A DNA stretch of 64,000 nt from a virus (lineage: Duplodnaviria > Heunggongvirae > Uroviricota > Caudoviricetes): the IMG/VR virus record IMGVR_UViG_3300017655_000275, one strand, 5' to 3'. Shown piece after piece: positions 35,661 to 44,979 of this stretch. The notes beneath the pieces are model-generated. The model worked only from the letters and a program-made list of their open reading frames with translations, searched no databases and was not told the DNA's origin. Both the position numbers and the translations under genes were made by a program. Each line of letters opens with the position of its first letter. The first letter of the stretch is position 1.

Positions 35661-36497
35661 TCACATCCCCGGTGCCGGGTCGTTGTTTACCGAAGGATCA
35701 TTCCAATCCTGGATCTCAAAGCCAAGATCCACCGGCGCAGCCGTCTCGTTCGAGGCGAGGAAGGCCTCGTAGATGGCCTCCGCCGGAGAGGACGGGATGA
35801 AATCGCTGTCGTGTCCCGAGTGACGAGCCGCCACTGAACTTTGCATCTTGAAGAGCATGCCGTTCGTGACCTCGACACTCAGCCTCGCCGTCATCTCCGT
35901 ATCCGACCTCTGAACGATATCGACATTATCCAGGACAGCTCCGAGATCGTCGGCAATCGCTGCCAGGAAAAGTTCATCCTTGAGATCCTTGCCGGTGACT
36001 TCGGCGAAGCTGGAGACGAAATACTCTTCGAAGCTTTCATCGTCATAGAGTCGCAGGACAATGTCACAGTGCTTGATCCCGGTTTCAAAAGCCTCGCCGA
36101 AGGGCAGGGCGAGCCCAAAATCCCTGTGCAGATCTTCCAGTGAAAGGATAAACTCGGGAATCTCGTCATTGCCGATTGGCGCCTCAGACAGAGTATAGGC
36201 GGCAACGGATCCATCCGAGAAAATGCGGGCGCGCATGATGCTGGCCATTGGAACATCTTCAAGACGGTCATAGTGATCGGCGAAGTCTCCTGCACGGCAA
36301 GCTTCGAAAATGGCCCTTGCATCGTCCTCTGCGGACATCGTGGCGGCGCCGGCCGTTTGATGGGCATCATAGACTTCAGCCCATACATCCGGAGTGATGT
36401 GATCGGGAAAATCGAAATCTTCCTGCGGCGAAACATCAAGCATGCGTTCGAACCCAGGCTCGGACTTGAAGAGAAGGAAGCGATCGACATGTTGCAT
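35661..36497 (-). CDS. hypothetical acidic protein
   Basis: Start at MQHVDRF (M31 of the track ORF). 6-nt gap to the downstream gene. Confidence 0.4.
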   Translation of the reverse strand: MQHVDRFLLFKSEPGFERMLDVSPQEDFDFPDHITPDVWAEVYDAHQTAGAATMSAEDDARAIFEACRAGDFADHYDRLEDVPMASIMRARIFSDGSVAAYTLSEAPIGNDEIPEFILSLEDLHRDFGLALPFGEAFETGIKHCDIVLRLYDDESFEEYFVSSFAEVTGKDLKDELFLAAIADDLGAVLDNVDIVQRSDTEMTARLSVEVTNGMLFKMQSSVAARHSGHDSDFIPSSPAEAIYEAFLASNETAAPVDLGFEIQDWNDPSVNNDPAPGM

Positions 36498-36619
36498 GAG
36501 CCTGAACCTCGAATGATGTAAATTCCGTTCCCTCAAAGATAGCCATTCAAGACGAAAAAAGAGCCCGGGAAATATCCCAGGCACCACATCCCTTGCTCCT
36601 GCGGGAACAGATTAATAGA

Positions 36620-36628
36620 ATGCGAAAA
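36620..36628 (+). promoter_or_regulatory. ATGCGAAAA motif instance (25 nt upstream of the ATG at 36645)
   Basis: One member of the recurrent motif family. Confidence 0.3.
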
Positions 36629-36644
36629 AAAGGATGTCATCGCA

Positions 36645-37451
36645 ATGCCCGTTTCCACAGATTGGATTCCCTTGCCCCACGGACTCGAGGTTGAAGAGCA
36701 TCTCTTCGTGATCGGCGATGTGCATGGAAATGCCCACCTTTTGGAGGAGGCTCTCGATTGGTCCGGCCGCCAGCCGCAGCTCGGTGAACAGGAACTGGTC
36801 TTTCTGGGCGATATCATCGACCGCGGCCATGAAAATCTTCGGTCGATCGGACTGGTCATGACCGGTCTTCCTGGCATGAAGACCGACATTCTTCCTGGTA
36901 ATCACGAGATCGAGCTTCTTCGCTTCCTCGACGGAGATGATCAGGCTTACGATGCCTGGCTCAATATCGGTGGAGCAACCATGATCCAGGAGATCGATGG
37001 GCTCGAGGATGCGCGCGGTTTCCGTCGGATCAGGTCGATGCTTGTCGATGCCATTCCTGAAGGCTTCCTGCGCGAGATTCGCAGCGGGCCGGGACATCTG
37101 GTGCGAGGTGGATTTCTTCTCGTTCATGCAGGTGTCGACCCTCATGTCGAAGATCCCGAAGCCTACCTGTCCATGAAGTTCGACGAGGGTGACAGGAAGA
37201 CCCACTGGGCCTGGATCTTCGACAGCTTCAGCGAATGGGCAGATGGTTGGGAACGCTTCAATGCCGAAGCGGTCGTCCATGGACATCAGCCCGTCCTTGT
37301 CGAGAACTGGCCACAGGCATTCCAGGCCAGCTATGGGGATCTGGTATCACATCGCCGCCTCAATCTCGATTTCGGTAGCGGGGTGATCGATCGCCTTGGC
37401 GGTGCCGAAATTCACGGCAATCGGCTGCGATTTTTCGGGTGCGGCAAATGA
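36645..37451 (+). CDS. PPP-family Ser/Thr protein phosphatase (lambda phosphatase / ApaH-like)
   Basis: GDVHGN, GDIIDRGHE and GNHE motifs. ATGCGAAAA motif 25 nt upstream. Confidence 0.7.
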   Translation: MPVSTDWIPLPHGLEVEEHLFVIGDVHGNAHLLEEALDWSGRQPQLGEQELVFLGDIIDRGHENLRSIGLVMTGLPGMKTDILPGNHEIELLRFLDGDDQAYDAWLNIGGATMIQEIDGLEDARGFRRIRSMLVDAIPEGFLREIRSGPGHLVRGGFLLVHAGVDPHVEDPEAYLSMKFDEGDRKTHWAWIFDSFSEWADGWERFNAEAVVHGHQPVLVENWPQAFQASYGDLVSHRRLNLDFGSGVIDRLGGAEIHGNRLRFFGCGK

Positions 37452-37648
37452 TCATGTCGCGACTTGGTTCAATCATGCTGATCGCCACCATGACTGCGCT
37501 CGCAGGTTGCAATACCGTATCGGGCGTCGGCCAGGATATCTACATCGGAGCGAACTTCGTTCAGGGATACATGCCGCCGGAAATGCAGGCACCGCCGGAC
37601 CGTGCAACGATCGGCGGTAGCGGCATTCCATCACTCGGATCGATGTGA
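37451..37648 (+). CDS. entericidin-family small lipoprotein
   Basis: Lipobox LAGC followed by NTVSGVGQDI (entericidin GCNTxxGxGxDI pattern). Confidence 0.5.
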   Translation: MMSRLGSIMLIATMTALAGCNTVSGVGQDIYIGANFVQGYMPPEMQAPPDRATIGGSGIPSLGSM

Positions 37649-37654
37649 TCCCGT

Positions 37655-37936
37655 TCAGGATGAATCACAGCCTGCGCCGAATGCTCCCGTCTCGAGCAAT
37701 GCGTTCCGGATGATTGGGTCGATCCACGGCTTCTCCCGCATGCCGGGGATATGGGCATGAGCATTGCGAAGCAATCCACACCAATAGCGGCCCTCATCCC
37801 ATTCCAGTGCGGGACAGGGGCCTTCGACGGCGTGGATGAGGTCGCGCGCCAGAATGCAGGGAATGGCTTTGCAACAAGCACCGCAACCATTGCATGGCGC
37901 GCCATAGTCTGGTTTTTCCGGGGCCGTGCTGTTCAT
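37655..37936 (-). CDS. YkgJ-family (CxxCxxCC) zinc/iron-chelating domain protein
   Basis: CNGCGACC plus additional Cys residues. 93 aa. Confidence 0.45.
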   Translation of the reverse strand: MNSTAPEKPDYGAPCNGCGACCKAIPCILARDLIHAVEGPCPALEWDEGRYWCGLLRNAHAHIPGMREKPWIDPIIRNALLETGAFGAGCDSS

Positions 37937-37981
37937 GGCCGGAAGTCTACCATCCCATGCCGTTTTCGCAAGTCTTGCTGA

Positions 37982-38644
37982 TCACATCGACAGGCTTGCC
38001 TCTTCCTCCTGGCAGGCCCAGCCGACAGGCTCTCCCGTTTCCACATCGACAGCCAGATCCGCGTCAAAGAGATGCCACTCATGCTCCAGGCTGTTTTCCC
38101 CAAAGCCGCCCAGGCAGACGGAATCGTAGCCGGCATCCTTCAGCGCCTGGACGAATTCAGGCACCTCCAGTGCCCGGAACCCGAGAACCGGCGGCAATCG
38201 GTCGAGGCGTTCCGGCCAGGCCTCGATCATCTCGCCGAGATACATGCCGGTTTCCCGATGGATCTCATCATAGCCACCGGTGTCCTGGATAGCGGCGCTG
38301 CAATCTCTTGCAACAGCCCTCAGCACGTCCCGGCCAAATTCCAGAGCGATGACATCGAGATCGAAGAACGGGTCTTCGTCATCCTGTTCGATCAGAACAT
38401 ATGGTTTCTGCACCGCGAGACGAACCTCCCAGATCCGGGGATGCAAGATCCTGCCGGCGGCGAGTGATCGATCGTTGGGCTGACTCGCATAGAGCGCCGC
38501 CGTCTCCCTCGTGCCGAAGGAGATCGTGGGCAGATTGGTGCGTATGCCATCGGCGCCGCACCATTGCCCGCGAAACACGGTGGTCGCCCGTATGGCTTCA
38601 AGAGCCTGGCGGGCATATTTCTCGCGGATCTCGGGCAACATCAC
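37982..38644 (-). CDS. hypothetical protein
   Basis: ATGA overlap with the upstream gene. Confidence 0.45.
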   Translation of the reverse strand: MMLPEIREKYARQALEAIRATTVFRGQWCGADGIRTNLPTISFGTRETAALYASQPNDRSLAAGRILHPRIWEVRLAVQKPYVLIEQDDEDPFFDLDVIALEFGRDVLRAVARDCSAAIQDTGGYDEIHRETGMYLGEMIEAWPERLDRLPPVLGFRALEVPEFVQALKDAGYDSVCLGGFGENSLEHEWHLFDADLAVDVETGEPVGWACQEEEASLSM

Positions 38645-38994
38645 GGACCTTCGATATCGGCATCCGGTTCCGGTTCGAGGGCAAGCAGAATCGCATCATG
38701 AACAATCTCGCACACGATCTCCGTCGGCATATCCGATGAGGATTCCCGAAGGGCCGTTCGAACCTCTTCGTCCGTCTTCCCTTCGCACGCATCAGGAAAC
38801 TGCGAGCGCACCTCTGAGATATTGGCGGTGTAGAAAACCTCATAGGATTCGGTGAATTCGGCACCTACCGCGGTCTGGAAATCCTGAATCAGATCCTCGG
38901 GGTTTCCGACAGTATCCTTGATGCGCGCAAGCTCTTCAATGAGCGGGCGCAGGAGGGCGTCGCGAGATTTATAGTCGAGAACGGGTTTTGTCAT
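38641..38994 (-). CDS. hypothetical acidic protein
   Basis: 117-aa ORF overlapping the downstream gene by 4 nt. Confidence 0.4.
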   Translation of the reverse strand: MTKPVLDYKSRDALLRPLIEELARIKDTVGNPEDLIQDFQTAVGAEFTESYEVFYTANISEVRSQFPDACEGKTDEEVRTALRESSSDMPTEIVCEIVHDAILLALEPEPDADIEGP

Positions 38995-39063
38995 GGTTTC
39001 TCTTTCTCTTCAGGCATGGCAGGAGAATAGGATCTCCCTCAGAAAATGGAGGCTCCTCCCGGG

Positions 39064-40809
39064 TCAGACCCAGGAGATATCATTCACATCGATGTCCCGC
39101 GGGTCCGTCCCGTCCAGAGGCGCCGGAATATCTGCAATCCGGGCAACTTCCGCGGCTTCCGGGTCGGTTGCAGCCGCAATTGCGGGAACCGGTGTGGGCA
39201 GGGCCTTCACCTCGGCAAGCGGAAACAGGTCCGGCACTGCGAAGACGGCATCGAAGGCCCGGCCGACGATCTGGATTTCATCGCCCTTCGGGTAGGGATA
39301 CTGGTCTCCATCCCGCCCGAGAAGGGCCGATTCCGCCGCGAAGACCTGCTCATCGACGATATTCGCAAGGTAGTCGTTCGAGCGTCCATTGGCTTCCAGC
39401 CTGTCGATCACCCAGGTTTCGAAAGACCTGGCCGTCATTTCGAGAGCCAGCGAGAAATATGGGGCGCTGCGTGTCCGGTCGAGAAGAGAAGACCTCATCG
39501 GGAGTTGCGTGGCTCCAATCGCCTTGATGACGTTGAAGAGGGCTTCGGCCGCCGGCTCGTGCTCTGGATTGCCGCGCTTGCGCTGCGCGCTCGCATCCCC
39601 CATCCGGTCTCCCATCCAGCGCGAGACGGCATTGGCGAGCCCATGCCACCATTCATGCGCGAGCGATCCGGCTCCCTTGTTCTTGGTCAGGTTGATAACA
39701 ACATGGCCGGGCTCATAATGTGCTTTCGCTGCATTGATGCCGCCGGTTCCCCTGGCGCCGAAGGCCATCCCCAGCTCTCCGTTGAGCGAAAGGGCTCGCG
39801 GTTCGACCCCGAGGATCTCCGCCAGGTCGATGAAGGCGTCATAGCAGTCGTTGAGATCTTCCTGGCGCCGTGGGCCCTCGACGTAATTGCCGAACTGAAC
39901 GCCGCGGAAGCCGAAGGTTTCCATGAACATGTCAGGGCTGACATTCCTGCCCTCACGATGATCCGGCCCGACCCGGTCGCGGTTCTCGCCACGACGTTCG
40001 GCCGGAACCGTTTTCATCCGTTCCCAGAGATCCTCGACCGCGTCCTGATGCTCCTTCAGATAGGCTTTCGCATCCGTCATGTTCTCGAAGCCCTTGATCT
40101 CGATGACCCGGGTTCCGACTTTCTTGGCAATCATGGCAGGCCCGGTGCGATATTTGCTCTTCCAGTAGAGATCGAACTTCGTCCCCTTCTTCCTTGTCTC
40201 TGCCTGTGCGTCCGGATCGGCGCGGAACTTCTCTGCCAGAGCGTGGAGCAACGCATCCCTGGAAGGTTCTGACGCAATGAGCGCCATCGATCTGGCAGAG
40301 CCTGTATATGCGTTCCACAGGAACCTGGTTTCAGGGAGGCGGACGCCATCCTCATAGTTCTTCCCGACCTTACCGATGGTGATGTCCTTGAGGGAACGGC
40401 TGTGGCCGGTCATCTCATAGAGTTCGATCTTGCAGTCGATCTTCTGCTTCAGGCCGGCATTCGAGGGGCGGTCGAGGATGGACTGGCAGGTTTCCTTCTC
40501 GATTTTTCCGGAGAACATGTCGATCGTGATATTGCGGATCGACTCCACCGTCCTGGCCCACATGGCAAGATGGTGCAACCGCTTGGGCTTGGTATCGATC
40601 GAGTCACGCAGGGCCCTGGCGAAACTCACCAGCCATGGATCCATGCCATCGGCCAGAAGTCCGGTCCAATTCGGTTCAGGGAAAGTTTTCGCAAATGGTT
40701 CCCTGGCGATCTGCTCGCCGACATAAAGGGAGGCCTTGTGCAGCCATGCTGCCCGTTTTTCCTTGGCTGCTCCCGGGATATGCTCGCCGAAATCGGTGAT
40801 CTTCTCCAT
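39064..40809 (-). CDS. zincin-like (HExxH) metallopeptidase-domain protein, 581 aa
   Basis: GAGSLAHEWWHGL contains HExxH, with a downstream Glu-rich region. No signal peptide. Confidence 0.45.
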   Translation of the reverse strand: MEKITDFGEHIPGAAKEKRAAWLHKASLYVGEQIAREPFAKTFPEPNWTGLLADGMDPWLVSFARALRDSIDTKPKRLHHLAMWARTVESIRNITIDMFSGKIEKETCQSILDRPSNAGLKQKIDCKIELYEMTGHSRSLKDITIGKVGKNYEDGVRLPETRFLWNAYTGSARSMALIASEPSRDALLHALAEKFRADPDAQAETRKKGTKFDLYWKSKYRTGPAMIAKKVGTRVIEIKGFENMTDAKAYLKEHQDAVEDLWERMKTVPAERRGENRDRVGPDHREGRNVSPDMFMETFGFRGVQFGNYVEGPRRQEDLNDCYDAFIDLAEILGVEPRALSLNGELGMAFGARGTGGINAAKAHYEPGHVVINLTKNKGAGSLAHEWWHGLANAVSRWMGDRMGDASAQRKRGNPEHEPAAEALFNVIKAIGATQLPMRSSLLDRTRSAPYFSLALEMTARSFETWVIDRLEANGRSNDYLANIVDEQVFAAESALLGRDGDQYPYPKGDEIQIVGRAFDAVFAVPDLFPLAEVKALPTPVPAIAAATDPEAAEVARIADIPAPLDGTDPRDIDVNDISWV

Positions 40810-40922
40810 GAATCCGCTCCTGTTCTGTTACCGGGAGAATAGCTTCCTCCTGTGAAAAAACCGTGCGTTCAGATTGCCCGGACACCGAACTTTTGGATTT
40901 CGGTGGGGCGGGATACGTTATT

Positions 40923-40931
40923 ATGCGAAAA
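40923..40931 (+). promoter_or_regulatory. ATGCGAAAA motif instance (29 nt upstream of the ATG at 40952)
   Basis: One member of the recurrent motif family. Confidence 0.3.
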
Positions 40932-40951
40932 CGTAAATCAAGGAACCCGTC

Positions 40952-41485
40952 ATGCCCCTCGATCTTTCGCAATCCGTGCGACAGTCGCTTCTGCGCGAGA
41001 TCGCGGCGCTTTCACGTGACCCCGGGGAAGGCTTCGACGTGGTCATCGCGGACGAGGCGATCAACGGTGGACTCGTTTTCGAGGCCAATGCAATCGAACT
41101 TGCGGATCACGACACGCTCAACCACCCCGGATGGGGGATTGCGCCTGTTCCAAGCCATACTGGATTCACACTTCTCCTCACCAAAGACGCGAAGGTCATC
41201 GGGCAGCTTTCCCTTACCCTCGACAGGTTTGGCCTGTGCATTGAAGGCGTCGCGGTGGATTTCCGGTATCGCGGCAAGGAACACAGCGAGAAGCTCGTGG
41301 AGGCCTGCGTCGGGATCTTCTCAAGAGCGGTGCGGGATCTTCCCGATGAGGAGGATGCGACATGGCTTCTCGCCCAAGAGGTATGGGGCGATTTCAACGA
41401 TGCCGGCGAATACTTCGCCCTGCGGCTCGCCCAGCACTTTGAAGAGGCGCTCAGGCGCCTGGATGCTGCCGGACCGGAGATCTAA
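40952..41485 (+). CDS. GNAT-like acetyltransferase-fold protein
   Basis: GVAVDFRYRGKEHSEKLVEA. ATGCGAAAA motif 29 nt upstream. Confidence 0.35.
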   Translation: MPLDLSQSVRQSLLREIAALSRDPGEGFDVVIADEAINGGLVFEANAIELADHDTLNHPGWGIAPVPSHTGFTLLLTKDAKVIGQLSLTLDRFGLCIEGVAVDFRYRGKEHSEKLVEACVGIFSRAVRDLPDEEDATWLLAQEVWGDFNDAGEYFALRLAQHFEEALRRLDAAGPEI

Positions 41486-41487
41486 TC

Positions 41488-42033
41488 ATGATACTCCAGA
41501 TCGGGCCTGCCTTTCGCAGGGGCATAAGGGCGGCACATGATGCATATGCGAAAATTCCAATTGGCGTAGGCGTTGTTCGAATGAACGACGACGAATATCC
41601 CGAACTGGTCGAGATGATCGATGACATGCATCGTTTCCCGGAAGACAGGATATCTCCATCCTATGGCGTCGTGCCGTATCCGGATGGCGAAATGTTCACC
41701 CTCGCCATCTTGGAGCGGGGACAAGTCATCTCGCAGATCAGCATGACGGTTTGTGTTTTTCGATCCGCTGTCGAGGTGACTGTCGAGAGCTGCTATACGG
41801 ATTGCCGGCACCGGGGCAGGGGACTGGCCACATGCCTGGCCGGTATCGTGGGAGAGATTGTTCTGAGCGGATACATGTCCGCCGGTCAAGTCGACGAAAC
41901 GTTCCCGGAAAAGGTCCGGCCCGTCATCTGTGGGGATTTCACGGAAGTAAGCAGGAAAGTCGGTGAAAAAATAAGAATGTCATTGGAATCCGGACTGCAT
42001 CACATCGCCGGCCAGCCCGACATGGTGATGTAA
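41488..42033 (+). CDS. GNAT-like acetyltransferase-fold protein (tandem paralogue)
   Basis: CYTDCRHRGRGLATCLAGIV. Lies 3 nt after the upstream stop. Confidence 0.35.
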   Translation: MILQIGPAFRRGIRAAHDAYAKIPIGVGVVRMNDDEYPELVEMIDDMHRFPEDRISPSYGVVPYPDGEMFTLAILERGQVISQISMTVCVFRSAVEVTVESCYTDCRHRGRGLATCLAGIVGEIVLSGYMSAGQVDETFPEKVRPVICGDFTEVSRKVGEKIRMSLESGLHHIAGQPDMVM

Positions 42034-42079
42034 GGACGGTCGTGCGAAAATGGATTGTCATGTTGAAAAGGAAGTGCCC

Positions 42080-42592
42080 ATGAAAATCGTTATCCTCGTG
42101 CATCCTGGTTCGGTCTTTGTGTCCGCTGCCGACCAGGTGTCCGCCAGCCTTCTCGATCCGGCGATCGATGCGATGGAAGATCTCATCGATATATCTGATG
42201 GATTGATCGTGATCCATGGGTTCCTGAGCGAGCACATGTCGCGCGGCGACCGCTCCTGGGTCGATGATCTGATGAAAGCCAAATCAGCGGCTGGACAGAT
42301 CGCCTGGAACCTCTGGGGGTGCGACGATGGCAGCGTACCGTCGGACAAGTTCTGGCCCGAAAAAGATATCTTCGAACATCAGACGGATGCCGCCCGAGCC
42401 CTTCACGAGTGGCTGCCGGAGAATGCAGAAATCACAGTGACTGGTGCCTGGGCTTGCGTTGACGAGCCAGGTGCGCTCGGTTGTGTAAATTCCGTCGCGC
42501 AAGTGCTGCGTAAGGCAGGGAGAACCGACGTTCGCATACACGAGGGCGCGGTCATGGATGCCTGGATAGGAGATGATGATCCGTCGCCATGA
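42080..42592 (+). CDS. hypothetical protein
   Basis: Start MKIVILV with an AAAGGAAG SD. GTGCGAAAA motif 38 nt upstream. Confidence 0.45.
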   Translation: MKIVILVHPGSVFVSAADQVSASLLDPAIDAMEDLIDISDGLIVIHGFLSEHMSRGDRSWVDDLMKAKSAAGQIAWNLWGCDDGSVPSDKFWPEKDIFEHQTDAARALHEWLPENAEITVTGAWACVDEPGALGCVNSVAQVLRKAGRTDVRIHEGAVMDAWIGDDDPSP

Positions 42593-42614
42593 GACATTGC
42601 CAGCCGATCCCCGA

Positions 42615-43130
42615 TCAGGGGACGAGATCATCGGCCGGCTCACCGACCAGCTCCGCGCGGATGCGATTTCCGAATTCGCGGTCGTAGCCAACCGCGGTCC
42701 GCACATGGGTCAGCCCGTAATCTAGCGCGGCAACGACGCATCGATGCCAGCCGTCAAGAGGAACCACCTTACCACCCTCGAGCTTGACGATGATCGGGCT
42801 CTGCTGGATCGCGACCTCGGCCCCGCCTGACTTCGTCATCCATTTGCGGACAGATCTCCAGCGCATGGAAGCTTCCGTTGCCGTCTCACCGTCGAGACGA
42901 ATGCGGTCGTCGATCCGTTCCGGCGGGAATATCTCGGTAATCGGGAAGTCGACAATACACCAGTCGAATTCATCGATCTCGTCGGGATGGAGGATGTAGC
43001 CCATGTCCAGCACTCTGTCGATCGGAAAGGGCTCGGCCTCCTCCATGATCAACTCCGCGAGGCGTTCATGGCTCGCGATCGGCAATAGTTGGAAAGCGGC
43101 ATTTCCAGAAACATCCACAGCGTCGTTCAT
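42615..43130 (-). CDS. ParB/Srx-like nuclease-domain protein
   Basis: VPLDGWHRCVVAALDYG (DGxHR motif). The track N-terminal 88 aa were rejected as a compositional extension. Confidence 0.4.
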   Translation of the reverse strand: MNDAVDVSGNAAFQLLPIASHERLAELIMEEAEPFPIDRVLDMGYILHPDEIDEFDWCIVDFPITEIFPPERIDDRIRLDGETATEASMRWRSVRKWMTKSGGAEVAIQQSPIIVKLEGGKVVPLDGWHRCVVAALDYGLTHVRTAVGYDREFGNRIRAELVGEPADDLVP

Positions 43131-43185
43131 CTCACGGTCCCGTTCAGCATGCCTGACGGATATATCTGGAAGAGAGGAAAAACGT

Positions 43186-43443
43186 TCACGGCTGATGGTC
43201 TCGAAAGAGACCATCGTTAACAAGGCCAAGGTCCGACAGTTCGACGAAGCCGACGGGACAGATGCGAACGAATCCGCCATCGTTGATCCAGGCTCCTCCA
43301 GGCATGATGCCATCCGACCAGCGCGCGATAGCTGCTGGAGCGCCAAATGCTCCGGAATCGGAGCCATCGGAAAGCAGCATGATCCAGCGGCCATCCTTGG
43401 CCTTCTCCAGATCCGCTTCGAGGCCCTTGTGCATCAGCGGCAT
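43186..43443 (-). CDS. hypothetical small protein overlapping the stop of the DUF4258 gene (TAATG)
   Basis: 85-aa ORF whose start overlaps the reconstructed stop of the IS-disrupted gene. Confidence 0.35.
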   Translation of the reverse strand: MPLMHKGLEADLEKAKDGRWIMLLSDGSDSGAFGAPAAIARWSDGIMPGGAWINDGGFVRICPVGFVELSDLGLVNDGLFRDHQP

Positions 43444-43445
43444 TA

Positions 43446-43571
43446 CGTTGCCTCTTTATTCAAGCTTTGCATCGCCTTCCATTTCGCCAACTGGATACGC
43501 GCCTGGGCTCTGTGTTCCTGCGGGACGGTCAGGACGGTGACGATAGCATCTCCCTTCACCGCATAGAGAAG
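43446..43571 (-). pseudogene. 3' part of a DUF4258 (RelE/BrnT-fold toxin-like) gene split by the IS3 insertion
   Basis: After removing the IS and one AAG copy, the reading frame continues as ...KAYLGANDLLYAVKGDAIVTVLTVPQEHRAQARIQLAKWKAMQSLNKEAT. Confidence 0.55.
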
Positions 43572-43627
43572 TGAATAGCCCCATGTTTCGTGGACGCCTT
43601 CTTCGCTAACTTTGAGGCAAGGAGGCC

Positions 43628-43900
43628 ATGATGGGCACGGGCAATTTCACTGACGACTTCAAGCGCGATGCTGTCGCGCAGATCACGGAACGGGGTTATC
43701 CGGCAAAGGAAGTTTCGGCACGGCTGGGTGTGAGCACGCACTCGCTCTATGCCTGGAAGCGCAAGTTCGCGAAGGCGGTGTCGGGTGACACGGAGAAGGA
43801 TGCCGAGATCCGTCGGCTGAAGCGTGAGCTGGTCCGGGTGTCGGAGGAGCGCGACATCCTAAAAAAGGCCACCGCGTATTTCGCCAGGGATGCAAAGTGA
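43628..43900 (+). CDS. IS3-family transposase OrfA (HTH)
   Basis: 90 aa. Slippery A AAA AAG heptamer at 43862-43868 near its 3' end. Confidence 0.8.
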   Translation: MMGTGNFTDDFKRDAVAQITERGYPAKEVSARLGVSTHSLYAWKRKFAKAVSGDTEKDAEIRRLKRELVRVSEERDILKKATAYFARDAK

Positions 43901-44772
43901 GATACGCGTTCGTAGCCGAGCATCGGGGTCAGTTTTCGGTGCGGGCGATGTGCCGGTGCCTGCGTATCCAGCCGAGCGGGTTCTACGCGTGGCTGAAGAC
44001 ACCGCTGAGCCAGCGGGCGCAGGAAGACAGGCGCCAGACCGAACTGCTGCAGAAGGCTTGGGCCGAGAGCGGCAAGGTCTACGGCTACCGCAAGCTGCAT
44101 GACGATCTGGTCGAACAGGGCGAAAGCATTTGTCCGAACCGCGTTTCCCGACTGGCGCAACTGGCGGGGATCAAGGCACAGATCGGCTACAAGCGCCGCC
44201 CCGGCAGCTATGGCGGCAAGCCGTCGGTCGTGGTCGACAACACCCTCGACCGGCAGTTTGATGTCGAGGTTCCGGACAAGGTTTGGGTAACCGACATCAC
44301 CTACATCCGGACGCAAGAGGGGTTCGCTTACCTCGCGGTGGTCATCGACCTGTATTCCCGGCGCGTGGTCGGCTGGTCGATGCAAAGCAGACAGACGACA
44401 GATGTCGTCCTGCAGGCCCTGCTCATGGCCGTCTGGCGGCGCAAGCCGAAGAACAAGGTGCTGATCCATTCAGATCAGGGCAGTCAGTTCACCAGCATGG
44501 ATTGGGCTGCGTTCCTGCGCGCCCACAATCTTGAGCATTCGATGAGCCGCCGCGGCAACTGCCATGACAACGCCGTTGCCGAGAGCTTCTTCAACCTGCT
44601 CAAGCGCGAGCGGATCAGGCGCAGAACCTACCGGACCCGCGAAGACGCAAGGCAGGACGTGTTCGATTACATCGAGATGTTCTACAACCCGAAGCGCAAA
44701 CATGCGAGGAATGGGATGTTGTCGCCCGCCGAGTTCGAGCGGCAGCAGAAGATGAGACGTGAAGGCGTCTAA
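43897..44772 (+). CDS. IS3-family transposase OrfB (DDE catalytic domain), expressed as OrfAB by -1 frameshift
   Basis: VWVTDITYI contains the first catalytic D. rve-like region. Overlaps orfA in the -1 frame. Confidence 0.8.
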   Translation: MRYAFVAEHRGQFSVRAMCRCLRIQPSGFYAWLKTPLSQRAQEDRRQTELLQKAWAESGKVYGYRKLHDDLVEQGESICPNRVSRLAQLAGIKAQIGYKRRPGSYGGKPSVVVDNTLDRQFDVEVPDKVWVTDITYIRTQEGFAYLAVVIDLYSRRVVGWSMQSRQTTDVVLQALLMAVWRRKPKNKVLIHSDQGSQFTSMDWAAFLRAHNLEHSMSRRGNCHDNAVAESFFNLLKRERIRRRTYRTREDARQDVFDYIEMFYNPKRKHARNGMLSPAEFERQQKMRREGV

Positions 44773-44790
44773 GAAACTCGGGGCTATTCA

Positions 44791-44979
44791 AAGATCGTTC
44801 GCCCCCAGATAGGCTTTCGAATGATGCAGCATGCCCAGATGGTCGACGAAACGGCGAAGCCGGCCGCCCATTTCCGTCCCCGGCATCATCGTCTCGACGA
44901 CCTCGCTCAAGCTCTTCTCGGCTGCCCGTTTGGGAATGCCGCCGCGTTCCTTCAGCCTTTTGGTTGCGTGCCGGGTCAC
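44791..44979 (-). pseudogene. 5' part of the DUF4258 toxin-like gene interrupted by IS3
   Basis: GFVTRHATKRLKERGGIPKRAAEKSLSEV resembles the DUF4258 N-terminus. A GTG start in a GTGA overlap with the upstream 99-aa gene. The frame ends at a TGA created by the IS right end. Confidence 0.55.

Larger units (their letters stand above)
43572..44790 (+). mobile_element. IS3-family insertion sequence, intact (27-bp imperfect inverted repeats, 3-bp AAG target-site duplication)
   Basis: IRL tgaatagccccatgtttcgtggacgcc. IRR ggcgtctaagaaactcggggctattca. TG...CA termini. Flanking aag at 43569-43571 and 44791-44793. Confidence 0.8.

Noticed and set aside
42615-43394. Full 259-aa minus-strand ORF as called by the track
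   Set aside because: The N-terminal 88 aa are low-complexity (MAAGSCCFPMAPIPE...) and would overlap the 85-aa gene in another frame. It was trimmed to start at MNDAVDV (43130).
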